A stretch of DNA of 64,000 nt. Source: Candidatus Dormiibacterota bacterium (GTDB taxonomy: Bacteria > Chloroflexota > Dormibacteria > Aeolococcales > Aeolococcaceae). The translations under genes were made by a program, and so were the position numbers. The DNA is taken from the NCBI GenBank assembly GCA_963718525.1, contig OY970355.1:1376001-1440000 (forward strand), read 5' to 3'. Shown one piece after another: positions 49,900 through 60,526 of the stretch. Each line of letters begins with the position of its first letter. Positions within the stretch are counted from its first letter, which is position 1. The notes beneath the pieces are model-generated. The model worked only from the letters and a program-made list of their open reading frames with translations, searched no databases and was not told the origin of the DNA.

Positions 49900-51009
49900 A
49901 TGAGTGATCCCGGAACGCTCGACGCCCTCGAGCGGGCTCTCGCCACTGTCATCGATCCCGAGCTGCACAAGCCGATGCTCCAACTCGGGATGCTGCGTGA
50001 CCTCGCGATCGACGGCGGGGTCGCCTCGATCCGGGTCGTGCTCACAACGCCGGCCTGCCCGCTGAAAGATCGGATTCGCGATGACATCGATGCCGCGGTC
50101 CTGGGCGTCGTCCCCGGCATCACCAGGGTCGAGATCCGCTGGGACGCCGACGTGAGCACCACGCGAGGGTTGCCCGGACGCCAGGAGATCGCCGGGGTTC
50201 GCAATGCCATCGCCATCAGCGCCGGGAAGGGCGGTGTGGGCAAGACGACGGTTGCGGTCAACGTCGCGATAGCGCTGCGCCTCGCGGGTGCACGTGTTGG
50301 TCTGCTCGACGCCGACGTGTACGGGCCGAATGTCCCGATCATGCTTGGGATTCGTGAGCGCCCGCACGCCAGCCCTGACGGAAAGATGCAGCCGCTCGAG
50401 GCCCACGGGCTCAAGGTCGTGTCGTTCGGGACCATCCTCGATCCCGGCCAACCGGTGATCTGGCGCGGTCCGATGCTCGCCAAGGCGTTGCGCGAGTTCC
50501 TCTATGAGGTCTCCTGGGGTGAGCTCGACTATCTGGTCATCGATCTTCCGCCGGGAACGGGCGATGTCCAGCTCAGTCTCGCGCAGAGCATGCCCATGAC
50601 GGGCGCGGTCATCTGCACCACGCCGCAGGACGTGTCACTGGCGGACGTGAGCCGGGGCATCGAGATGTTCCGCAAGCTCAATGTCCCGGTCCTTGGTGTG
50701 GTCGAGAACATGAGCGGATTCATCTGCCCGCACTGCGATGAGCGCACGGATATCTTCGGCTCGGGAGGCGGGCGCGACCTTGCGGCTCGCTATGAACTGC
50801 CCTTCCTTGGGGCCATCCCGCTGGATCCGCGCATCCGCGGTGCGGACGGCGACGGCCGACCGATCATGGCCGCTGCTCCGTCGAGCCCGATCGGTGAAGT
50901 GTTCCGCGACGTTGCTTCGCACATCGCCGCGCAGGTCAGCCAGGAGAACTTCAGCGCCGCCGCGGGTCCGGTCATGCCGTCCGGTCCGCGCCTGCCCGTC
51001 GCGCCCTAG
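49900..51009 (+). CDS. mrp: Mrp/ApbC Fe-S cluster carrier ATPase
   Basis: LTTPACP, GKGGVGKT, DADVYGP, DLPPGTGD, ENMS...CPHC. Confidence 0.94.
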   Translation: MSDPGTLDALERALATVIDPELHKPMLQLGMLRDLAIDGGVASIRVVLTTPACPLKDRIRDDIDAAVLGVVPGITRVEIRWDADVSTTRGLPGRQEIAGVRNAIAISAGKGGVGKTTVAVNVAIALRLAGARVGLLDADVYGPNVPIMLGIRERPHASPDGKMQPLEAHGLKVVSFGTILDPGQPVIWRGPMLAKALREFLYEVSWGELDYLVIDLPPGTGDVQLSLAQSMPMTGAVICTTPQDVSLADVSRGIEMFRKLNVPVLGVVENMSGFICPHCDERTDIFGSGGGRDLAARYELPFLGAIPLDPRIRGADGDGRPIMAAAPSSPIGEVFRDVASHIAAQVSQENFSAAAGPVMPSGPRLPVAP

Positions 51010-51028
51010 GAACTCCTCCGGGGACGCG

Positions 51029-51514
51029 ATGCCTGCACGACCGCGACTCGTGGCCGTGTGCGGCGCCTCGCAGGCCGGCGACGACGATCGCAGCGACGCA
51101 GCGGCTGTGGGCCGGCTCCTGGCGGAGCGTGGATTTCTCGTTGTGTGTGGTGGTGGCACGGGTGTGGCGACCGCAGTCGCTGCCGCCGTGCACGCGTCCG
51201 GAGGCACTTGCATCGGTTTGCTTCCCGGCGACGCACCCGAGGACGCGGCGTCAGGCGTGACCATCCCGATCGCCACCGGTGTGGGCCACGTGCGCAACGC
51301 CTTGATCGCGCGATCGTGTGACGCGCTCATCGCCATCGGCGGGGGATACGGCACGCTCAGCGAGATTGCATTCGGGCTCATCCTGGGCAAGCCGGTGGTC
51401 GCGCTCAACAGCTGGCGCATCAGCCCGCCCGGCGAGCTCGAATCCGATGCCACGGTGCACCCTGCGTCCACGCCGGAGGAAGCGGTCGAGTGGGTCGAGC
51501 GGCGGCTCGCCTGA
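51029..51514 (+). CDS. TIGR00725 family (SLOG/LOG-like) protein
   Basis: VCGGGTG, GLLPG, ATG.G..RN, GGGYGTLSEI. Confidence 0.88.
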   Translation: MPARPRLVAVCGASQAGDDDRSDAAAVGRLLAERGFLVVCGGGTGVATAVAAAVHASGGTCIGLLPGDAPEDAASGVTIPIATGVGHVRNALIARSCDALIAIGGGYGTLSEIAFGLILGKPVVALNSWRISPPGELESDATVHPASTPEEAVEWVERRLA

Positions 51515-52922
51515 TCAGCCGTCGATGACAGCCTTGACGGCGTCGCGGACGATCTGCAGCGCGGAGGCGTCGTCGGTGAAGACGCGAATCACCTGGTTGT
51601 GCTGGGGTAGGCGAGCCACCAGCTCCGCAGCTCGCGCGGCCTCGATGGTGTCATTGAGCGGGTCGTAGATCCTGACCATGCCGTCATCGGTCATCGGATT
51701 CTGCGGTGCGATGCGTGCGATGGCGACATCGACTTCGACCCGCGCGCCCAGCGCCTTGGACGCGAGCTGCTTGTTGAGCCGTTCCTGCAGCGAGGACGTG
51801 TCCATCCCCATGTGGACGACGCTTTCGTAGGCGAGGTGCCACGGCAGGTCGCGTGCGGCGATGCGTGCCCACGCCTCTGCGAGACGGCGGCGTTCGCTGC
51901 CCGGCGGGTCTCGCAGCCAGCGCTGCACGGCCACGAGCATCGACCAGTCGTTGAGCTGCTCGTACTCGTCGAGATGCTCGAGGGGATTGCCATGCAGGAG
52001 CTGCGCAATGGTGTCGGCGAAGACCTCGCGCATCGACAGGTCGAACCGGCGCCCGGTCCGGTGGTGATAGACCTGCAGGTACATGTAGAGACGCGACGCG
52101 AGGAACATCTCGAGCGCACCGGCCGCGTGCGCGTGCAGCACGATGCTGTCGCCGCTGACGAATGTGTAGTGGATGATGCGTTGCACCTCCACAGCGCCGA
52201 GGCTGATGCCGCACATGTATGCGTCGCGCGGGACGTAATCGAGGTTGTCCACCGTTGCGGGACCGCAGAGAATCGGTTTCAAGGCACGCAGCCATCCGGG
52301 AGGCGAGTAGCCGTCGATGTCAGCGTCGGCCATCACCCAGGCAACCCACATCGGGTCGATCTGCTCGCCGGCTGAGAATCGATCGGTGGGACTCTGCGCG
52401 GAGCGATGCGACGATGTCGGCAAGCTGGTGAGTCACCAGGTGGCGGCCGATCACCTCATGGTCGAGATGCCACTGCTCGAGGACCTCACGGTCGAAGAAA
52501 TGCCCGAACGGGCCATGGCCGACGTCGTGCAGCAGGCCGGCGATGCGGAGTGTCTCCTCCACCAGCGCGGGTGACGGAGCATCGGGGAACGCGACACGCA
52601 GCGAGGCGTCGACGCGTCGAGCGAACAGGCTCGCAAGGTGCATGGCGCCCAGGAGATGGGTGAATCGCGAATGCTCCGCGCTGGGGAACACCCACCATGC
52701 CGACTGGAGTTGGTGTACGCGGCGGAGGCGCTGCAACCAGACGGTGTCGAGGAGCTGACGCTCACTCGCCTCACCCGGCCGATCCTTGGTGATCTCTATG
52801 TAGCCATAGAGCGGATCGGCGATGAGGTTGACCTGACGGAAGCGCTCCGCCGCGCCGAGGGAGCTACTCGTCCTCGTCCTCGTCGTCGTCCTCTTCGTCA
52901 CCCTCTTCTTCGTCGTCGTCAT
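51515..52922 (-). pseudogene. HD-domain phosphohydrolase (SAMHD1/YdhJ-like dNTPase family), frameshift near 52400
   Basis: DPLYG, QRLRRVHQL, HSRFTH, LLHDVGHGPFGH in one frame; VDNLDY.PRD, RLYMY.QVYHH in another; break may be a sequencing error; start uncertain. Confidence 0.85.
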
Positions 52923-52962
52923 CGGCGAGCGATATGGGGTTCCAGCCGCGAAGGTCGGTCAT
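52864..52962 (-). CDS. 32-aa acidic micropeptide MTDLRGWNPISLADDDDEEEGDEEDDDEDEDE
   Basis: AGGAGA RBS 6 nt before ATG; TAAAAT -10 box at 53009-53014; below the ORF track length cut-off. Confidence 0.6.
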   Translation of the reverse strand: MTDLRGWNPISLADDDDEEEGDEEDDDEDEDE

Positions 52963-53137
52963 CAAGGGTCTCCTGGAATGGCGATCTGCCGGAATCTCCG
53001 GTAGGGCAATTTTATACGCCATCGCCACTACGGGACGCCCCGACAGTGGTCAGGCGACCACATAGCAGATGTCACGAAGCGATGACCTCTGTCACAGCGG
53101 CGTGTCACGACGGGGATTCACTCCTACAATCGACCCG

Positions 53138-56100
53138 GTGCGCCGCACGTTCCTGTACTCGTCCGCATTGGTCGCCGCACTGACAGTTGTGTCGTCGGCG
53201 ACATCTGTGCTCGCAGCGTACGCACAACCTCACGCGCTCACAGCGACTTCACAGCACGTTCTTCGTCAAACGCACGCGCACACGCTCGCCGCGACCACGG
53301 TCGCTGCCGGGAGCGTCCCATCACAGTTGCAGAAGCAGGCGGGGCTCAGCGAGCTGGCTGCCATTGCTGCTGCAGGATCAGGCAATGCCGCCGTGACCAC
53401 TCCGGCCGACCCGAGCATCGCCGTCGGCCCGAACAACATTGTTGAGGCGGTGAACAGCGCGCTGCAGATCACCACCCGCGCCGGCGCCGCGCTGGGGGCT
53501 CCGATGAACATCAGCGCGATGATCAGGAACACGTCGACGTGGGACGTGCGCTACCCACGCGTGGTGTACGACCCGGTGTCGGGTCTGTTCATCCTGATGG
53601 TGCTGCAGTTCAATCCGTCGGGATGTGGCAGTCAGGTGGCGGTGATGGTGTCGCAGGCCAACCCCGCGCTGGCTTGGACGTCACACGGCACGATCAACCT
53701 CGATCCTGAGCTCGGCGGCGGCCTGCAACTCTCGAACGTCTCGCTCGCCCTCACTGCGAACCTCGTCGTCGAGTTCGAGTGACTACGCGAGCTGCTCCAC
53801 GGGACTTGCCATAGCGAGCCAGACCATGATCATTCAGCGATCGGATCTCGTCAGCGGCGCGCTCGGCGTCAACAGTTACGTCTTCATGGTCCCCGGCCCG
53901 ATCGGGTTGCTACCCGCGATGGGGGTGAACGCGCAATCCGTCGCGTACGAGGTTGCGAACGACGCGAACTGCACGACGGTTGCCTCAGGGAGTGTCGCCG
54001 TCTTCGCCATCACGGGAACGCCCGAGGCCAAGAACGTTGCGCACACGTGCGCTGCGGTGGCATCGGCGGTGACCAGCGTCCCGCCCCCCGCTGCGCAGAT
54101 GGGCACCGCCGCCACGCTGAGCACCGGGAACGATCGTTTCCTCACCGCGTTCTGGCAGAGCAACACGCTCTGGGTCGCGGGTAACACCGGATGCAACCCC
54201 GGGAGCGGCATCGTGTCATGCCTCAACGTGATGTCGATCGCCGCGTCGTCCACCGGGACGGTGGGATCGCCGACGCAATTCCCAGCGCAGGGCGTCAACG
54301 GTGCATATCTGTTTGATCCCGCAATTGCGCTCAACTCTTCAGGCGACGCGATCCTGACGTTTGACGAGTTGTCGAGCACGGCGTTCGAGGCGGTGATGGT
54401 CGCGGCGATCACCGGCGGCGTCTGGAGCACGTTCACCACCCTGCACCCGAGCACGACCTTCTACAGCCCCGGCGCATGCACGAGCTGCGCGTGGGGCGAT
54501 TACTCAGCGGCCGTCCAGGATCCGTCGCATCCCACCGATGTGTGGGTGCTCGCCGAGGAGACCGACGGCAACACCGGCACCAGCTGCGCGAGCGCGAACA
54601 CGTGCTGGAACACGTACATCGGCCGCTACACGTTTGCGGGTCCAACGATCTCGTCGCTCTCCCCGTCCGCCGGGCCGGCGACGGGCGGAGAGCTCGTGAC
54701 CGTCAGCGGCTCTGATTTCGCGGCGGATAGTACCCTCACCTTCAACGGCGCGCCGGTCACGCCGATCGGGTCGCTGACACCGGACTCATTCACGTTCACG
54801 ACGCCTCCAGGTTCGTCGGGCCTGGTGCAGGCGCAGGTCCACGACTCACTCGGCACCAGCCCAACTGGCGTCGGCTCGGGATACATCTACGTGGGCCTTG
54901 CGAACTACGTGGCCCTCAATCCGTTCCGGATTCTCGACACGCGAACCGGAACCTGCGTCCAGTGCACGGCCGATCCGACCTTCGGCCAGGGCGTGACCGA
55001 GAAGGTGCAGCTGACCGGCGTGACGATCGGGGGCGTTGCCGATCCGATTCCCACCAACGCGACAGCGGTGGTGCTCAACGTGACTGAGGTCCTCGGTACG
55101 GGCAACAGCCTGTTGACCGTCTGGCCGTACGGCACCGGCATGCCCAAGACGTCCAACCTGAATTTCGCGCCCGGCAAGGTCATCGCCAACCTGGTCACCG
55201 TCACGCTCGGCCAGGGTGGCGCGGTCAACTTCTTCAACTCCGTCGGAACGGTGAACGTCCTCGCTGACGTCGAGGGATACTTCGAGCCCCAGGCGTCGAC
55301 CGTGGTGACCGGCGAGTTCCACCCCATCGCCCCGGTTCGGGTGTGCGACACCCGGACCGGTTCACTGACGCCGGCCTGCAAGGCGCACGGCGCGCTCGGG
55401 CCGGGCGCCGCAATGCTCGTCAATGTGACCGGCATCGGGTCCAATCCAATTCCCGGGAACGGGACCGCGGCGGCGGCGGTGGTCAATCTGACCGGCGTGG
55501 TCGGCTCCGTCGGCACGTATCTGAGCCTCAGTCCGACCAATCCGAACGGACAGTGTCCCTACAGCGGTGCCAACGCACCGAAGTTCTCGACCATCAATCT
55601 CTCGGCCGGGTTGGTGGCGGCCAACCGGGTGATGGTTGCGCTCGGTCCGACCACGACAGGCGGGCCTGACACATCGCTCTGCGTCTACAACTCCGCCGGC
55701 GTCATCAACGTCCTCATCGACGCGGGTGGCTGGTTCGGGACCAACACGGCAGCCGCAGGTGCGCAATACCAGGGAATCCAGCCAACACGCATCTGCGACA
55801 CGCGGTCTGGAGGCTCGGTCTGTCCGGGCGCGCTGGGAGCGGGTGCCAAGGGCCTCATCGGGGTGGCGGGGCACGGCGGAGTGCCGGCGATCGGATCCGG
55901 GATCACCGCGGTGGCAGTCATCGCAAACCTCACGGCCATCAACCCGACCGTGGGTACGTATTTGATCGTGTACCCCGCAAATCTGACGACCCCCCCTGGC
56001 GCTTCGGACCTCAACGTGAATGCGGGGGAGGTGTTGCCCAACCTGACCGTGGTGCAACTCGACCCGGCCACCGGCGCCAATCAGGGGGACATCTACCTGT

Positions 56101-56156
56101 TCAACGCCGCGGGCAGCGTCAACGCAATCGTGGACATCGAGGGCTGGTTCCAGTAA
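53138..56156 (+). pseudogene. Paralog of the 7106-10333 secreted IPT + 3x RxxDTR-repeat protein, +1 frameshift at ~53775
   Basis: Same architecture (WGDYS, IPT, three repeats, C-terminal D.EGWFQ); removing one T in GAGTTCGAGT joins the two ORFs. Confidence 0.82.
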
Positions 56157-56254
56157 TCGCCTGAGTCCGGTGCCGCAGCGTCACCGACCGGCGAACTCGA
56201 TCGTTGCGACCCCGTGACGGCAACGTCAGAGGACGTCTGGCAGTCTGGGCCGGC

Positions 56255-58054
56255 ATGCATACGTCCTTCCATCGGCTCGCGCTTGCCGCGGTGCTCGCTG
56301 GATCCGCGAGCTTCGCTCCCCTCCTGGGCGTTGGAGCTGCGGCCCCGTTCACACCGGTACCAGCCGCACCTCTTGCCGCTGTGAGCAGCATCGGGGCAGT
56401 GGTCGCATTGACTGCCTCTGTGAGCGCCCCGGCACCGCCAACGCAACTCGGCAGCCCGCCTCCGGCGGCGCCGACGGTGACCCACGGCATGCTCGCTGCC
56501 GAGAACTCGGGCACCGGTAACTATGGCCAGCCGCTGATCAGCGGTTGCACCTGGGCAACCTGGGTGACCAACTGTCAGAACCTCACCGCATATGGCAACG
56601 GATCGTCGTTCGACGACGTGGGCTGTGGCACCCCGAACGGTTGCAAGTTCGGCTCCGAATTTCAGTGCTCCGAACTCGCACAGCGCTATGCGTACTACGC
56701 GTGGGGCGAGCCCGCGACCTGGAGTGGCGCGGCATACACCATGTGGGCGGCGGGACCGAATCTGCCGATCCCGCTCCAGCAGTTCGCCAACGGTGCGGGC
56801 GTGGCTCCGATGCAGGGCGACCTCATGATCTTCGGGCCCGGGTGGCTCGGCAACTACTGGGATGGGTCTGGTCACGTGGCCATCGTGCGAGACGTGGGGC
56901 CGGGCTATGTCGACGTTGTCGAGCAGAACGCAACCGCCTCCGGCACAGATCGCTTCGCGCTGAGCGGTTCCCTGGTCACCGCCAACGGGTACACGCCGAT
57001 CATCGGCTGGCTGCGCCAGACCGAGCAGGCGCCCGCCGAGCTGACGGTGACCAGTGTCGCCGGGACCCCGAAGAGCGTTTCAGATCAGCCCGGAGACATC
57101 GATGTCATCTGGCGCGGCACCGATGCGAAGCTCCATGACATCGCGTATCGCAGCGAAGCCTGGCAGTCGCAGTCGATGGCGGCGATCAGCGCAGCCAACG
57201 TCGCGTCGGACCCTGCGGTGGTCTCGCCGGTCGCAGGGCAGGTTGACGCGTTCTGGGCGGACGCATCAGGCAACCTCTGGCAGGTTCAGTCGCAGAGCGG
57301 CTTCTTCGGCTCAGAGACGTGGTCGCCACCCGTGGAGCTCCAGGCGGGCGCGCTTGCGCCGGGGTCGGCTCCAACTGCCGTGAGTCAGGCTCAGGGCGAC
57401 ATGCAGGTCATCTGGAAGGCGACAGACGGGCAGCTGTGGGTGGACACCTTCAACGGCACCTGGTCGGGCGCAGCGCCGCTCAACTCGGGCGCGGTCCTGG
57501 GAAATCCTGACGCGGTGGCCACCGCCAACGGCACCGTCGGAGTGGTGTGGCGCGATGCCGCAGGCAATCTCTGGAGTGATCTCGGCACGTCCTTTGGGTG
57601 GTTCGGCGCCCATCAGGTCGGCACTGGCGGACTGGCGAACGATCCCACCGTGGTCACCGCCGGCTCAGGCACTGTCGACGCCGTCTGGCGAACCGCAGCG
57701 GGCTCGGTCTGGGCCGCGGGAGTGACGGCTAATGGCGGACCCGCCCAGGTTGAGGTCAGTTCCGCGGTGAGCATGGGGCGGCCGGCAGCGGCGGGAACAG
57801 CGGCGAGTGCGGTCACCGTGGTGATGCAGCGCGCCAACGGGAGCCTCGCCGCCGCCATCTACGACCCGATCAACGGATGGGTCGGACCGGAGCAGCTCAA
57901 CCAGGTCACCGCGAGCTCGATGCTCTCGGCGGTGAGCTGGTATGGGAACGCCGTCGCAGCCTTCTGGCAGGGAACCGGCGGCAGCCTCTGGTGGTCGCCC
58001 GCGTGTGACGGCTGCGCCGCGCACCCGCCGCCGGTCTATAACCCGGCCGCTTAG
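56255..58054 (+). CDS. Secreted CHAP-domain protein with C-terminal Trp-rich beta-propeller-like repeats
   Basis: Signal peptide; FQCSELAQRY, GHVAIV, EQN; about 7 repeats of P..V....G.v.v.W...G.LW. Confidence 0.82.
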   Translation: MHTSFHRLALAAVLAGSASFAPLLGVGAAAPFTPVPAAPLAAVSSIGAVVALTASVSAPAPPTQLGSPPPAAPTVTHGMLAAENSGTGNYGQPLISGCTWATWVTNCQNLTAYGNGSSFDDVGCGTPNGCKFGSEFQCSELAQRYAYYAWGEPATWSGAAYTMWAAGPNLPIPLQQFANGAGVAPMQGDLMIFGPGWLGNYWDGSGHVAIVRDVGPGYVDVVEQNATASGTDRFALSGSLVTANGYTPIIGWLRQTEQAPAELTVTSVAGTPKSVSDQPGDIDVIWRGTDAKLHDIAYRSEAWQSQSMAAISAANVASDPAVVSPVAGQVDAFWADASGNLWQVQSQSGFFGSETWSPPVELQAGALAPGSAPTAVSQAQGDMQVIWKATDGQLWVDTFNGTWSGAAPLNSGAVLGNPDAVATANGTVGVVWRDAAGNLWSDLGTSFGWFGAHQVGTGGLANDPTVVTAGSGTVDAVWRTAAGSVWAAGVTANGGPAQVEVSSAVSMGRPAAAGTAASAVTVVMQRANGSLAAAIYDPINGWVGPEQLNQVTASSMLSAVSWYGNAVAAFWQGTGGSLWWSPACDGCAAHPPPVYNPAA

Positions 58055-58109
58055 CGCTCACCACAGGGCCGCGCAGCGGCGGCTGGTCGGCGGAGGCGAT
58101 GATCCCCGG

Positions 58110-59775
58110 GTGACCACGCTGTCTGAACTGGCAACCACCGGCGACGCCATCGCCGGGACATCGTCGAAGTCCGAGAAGGTGCGCCTGCTTGGTCAGTTCC
58201 TGGCCACGACCGATGCGGACGAGCTGGCGCATGCGGTGCGGTACTTCGGGGGGAGCATCTTTCCTGCGGGCGACCAGCGCACCCTCCAGGTGGGCGGGGC
58301 GGCGTTCTCGACGGTGCTCCGCCACGTGAGTGGAGCAGACGATGCGGCCATCCGAGCGGCGTGGCGGCGCCATTCCGACGCGGGCGATGTCACCGGCGAC
58401 CTGCTGTCACGCATCGAGGGCCGCGAGGTCAAGCAGATTTCGCTCCGCGAGCTCGACGCGGCGTTCGCGGAGATTGCGAGTGCGCGCGTGGCACGCAACC
58501 GCACCGCCCTGCTCAGCGCGCTGCTCGGACGTGTGAGCCCGGATGAAGCCCGCTACATCGCCAAGCTGATCACCGGCGAGTTGCGCGTCGGCCTCCGTGA
58601 AGGGCTCGTCGAGGAGGCGATCGCCATCGCATTCGGCGCGCCGCCCGCCGCGGTGGGCCGTGCCATCATGCTCACCGGTGATCTCGGAGAAGCGGCGCGT
58701 CTCGCCAGAGAAGGACGTCTCGACGACGCCGCGCCGCGCTGGTTCGTTCCACTCCGGTCGATGCTTGCGACGCCGGTCGCCGACGCCGCTGAGGCTGTGG
58801 CTCGAACTCGGTGAGGACGTCTGGGTTGAAGACAAGTATGACGGAATCAGGTGCCAGCTCCATCGTCGCGGCGCCCAGGTGGCGCTGTACAGCCGCGACC
58901 TGAAGAATATCTCGGCACAGTTCCCGGAGATCACCGATGCTGCCGTGCGGCTCCACGCTGACGTGATGCTGGATGGCGAGATCCTCGCGTTTCACGACGG
59001 GCGGGTGATGCCGTTCCACGCGCTCCAGACACGGCTCGGTCGAGTCTCGCCCGACGCCGAGGTGATGGCCGCGGTCCCGGTGATCTACGTGGCGTGGGAC
59101 GTGCTGGTGGTGAATGACCACGTCTTGATCGATCTCCCGCTGCGCGAACGGCGCTCCCGGCTCGAGGCGCTCGCGGTGCTGCATCCCCTCGCGCTCGCCC
59201 ACCTCGAGCGCGTCCACGGCGAAGCCGAGATCGACCGCCGCTTTGCCGATGCGCGCGCCCGGTTGAACGAGGGGCTGCTCCTGAAGCAACCCGAGTCGCC
59301 GTACACCCCCGGGCGTCGTGGATTGAACTGGCTCAAGCTCAAGCGACCGCTCGACACACTCGACGTGGTGGTCGTCGGCGCGGAATGGGGGCACGGCAAG
59401 CGGCGTGGCGTGCTCAGTGACGTCACCTTCGCGGTGCGTGTCGACGGCAGCGATGACCTCGCGACCATCGGCAAGGCGTACACCGGGCTCACCGACACCG
59501 AGATCGCGGAGATGACGGCATTGCTGCTCGACATCACGGTTGCGGATCACGGCCACTACCGCACCGTGCAGCCGCGCATCGTTCTCGAGATTGCGTTCGA
59601 CGCGGTGCAATCGTCGTCACGGCACAGGTCAGGCTTCGCTTTGCGCTTTCCCCGCATCGCGCGCTGGCGTCACGACAAGGCTCCTGCCGATATCGACACG
59701 CTGTCGCGGGTCCGCGACCTTGCCATGGCGATCGAGCACGAGCGCGTCCAGCTCGTCGACCAGACCGGCGCCTGA
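58110..59775 (+). pseudogene. ATP-dependent DNA ligase (LigB-type), +1 frameshift at ~58805
   Basis: ELRVG..EG N-domain; EDKYDGIR, LDGEI, EGLLLK, WLKLK, LRFPRI; removing one A in GCTCGAACTC gives VARLGEDVWVEDK. Confidence 0.88.
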
Positions 59776-60321
59776 TCAGCTTCCCTTGAGAAACGCTCCA
59801 AAGAGCTCCGGCGTGTCCACGGCGGGGTCACCGACCTGAGCGAAGGCGTCGAATCGTGCGCGCAGTGCCGCGTACTGCTGCACCAACGCCCTGTCGTCAT
59901 ACGCCTCCATGGGATCCCAGGGATGGAGGTAGTGCACCTCGCTGATCCCCGCCTGCAACATCTCCTTGAGGCAGCCGAAGCATGGTTGGGTGGTGGTGGT
60001 CATCGACGCACCCAGCGTCTGCTGCCCGAATCGGGCCGCGGTGAGCAGCGCGTTCTGCTCGGCGTGCACGCAGATGCAGATGTCATACGCCCCGCCACGA
60101 AGTCCGTCGTCATCGCGCCGGGAGCATCGGTGGCAGCCGCCGTCAGAACAGTTCGGCATGCCGAAGGGCGTGCCGTTGTACCCGGTGCTGAGGACTCGAG
60201 CGTCACGGGTGATCACGGCGCCGACTCTGCGTCCCAGGCAATCGGCACGCGTGCGGGCGGCGAGTGCGATCAGCAGGAAGTACTGATCCTTGCTCGGGCG
60301 GTGCGGCGCTGGGGCGCTCAT
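59776..60321 (-). CDS. dCMP deaminase family (ComEB-like)
   Basis: STGYNG, HAEQNA, PCFGC. Confidence 0.9.
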   Translation of the reverse strand: MSAPAPHRPSKDQYFLLIALAARTRADCLGRRVGAVITRDARVLSTGYNGTPFGMPNCSDGGCHRCSRRDDDGLRGGAYDICICVHAEQNALLTAARFGQQTLGASMTTTTQPCFGCLKEMLQAGISEVHYLHPWDPMEAYDDRALVQQYAALRARFDAFAQVGDPAVDTPELFGAFLKGS

Positions 60322-60386
60322 ATCCCTATGGTGGCCGAGAGCGTCAGGTTCGTGCCGTGTGCCATCCGCGGGATAGAGTCGGGCCA

Positions 60387-60460
60387 GGGCGGGTAGCTCA
60401 GCCGGTTAGAGCAGGGGGCTCATAACCCCACGGTCCCAGGTTCGAATCCTGGCCCGCCCA
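60387..60460 (+). tRNA. tRNA with CAU anticodon (probably Ile2, otherwise elongator Met); CCA not encoded
   Basis: Acceptor GGGCGGG/CCCGCCC, D arm GCTC..GAGC, loop CTCATAA, T arm CCAGG-TTCGAAT-CCTGG; paired 1-72 so not initiator; C4-G69. Confidence 0.93.
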
Positions 60461-60475
60461 CCCTCGCGCCCGGGA

Positions 60476-60508
60476 CGAGAGCGGGACGCCGGACGCGCCC
60501 CGCTCTCG
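60476..60508. terminator. GC-rich hairpin between the convergent tRNA and phosphoesterase genes
   Basis: CGAGAGCGGG / CCCGCTCTCG 10-bp stem; no U-tract. Confidence 0.5.
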
Positions 60509-60526
60509 AGGAGGATGAGGGTCGGA

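Noticed and set aside
51029-60321. SLOG + HD + dCMP deaminase as an anti-phage nucleotide-depletion system
   Set aside because: The genes are dispersed, in different operons and look like ordinary housekeeping family members; no defence-island context.
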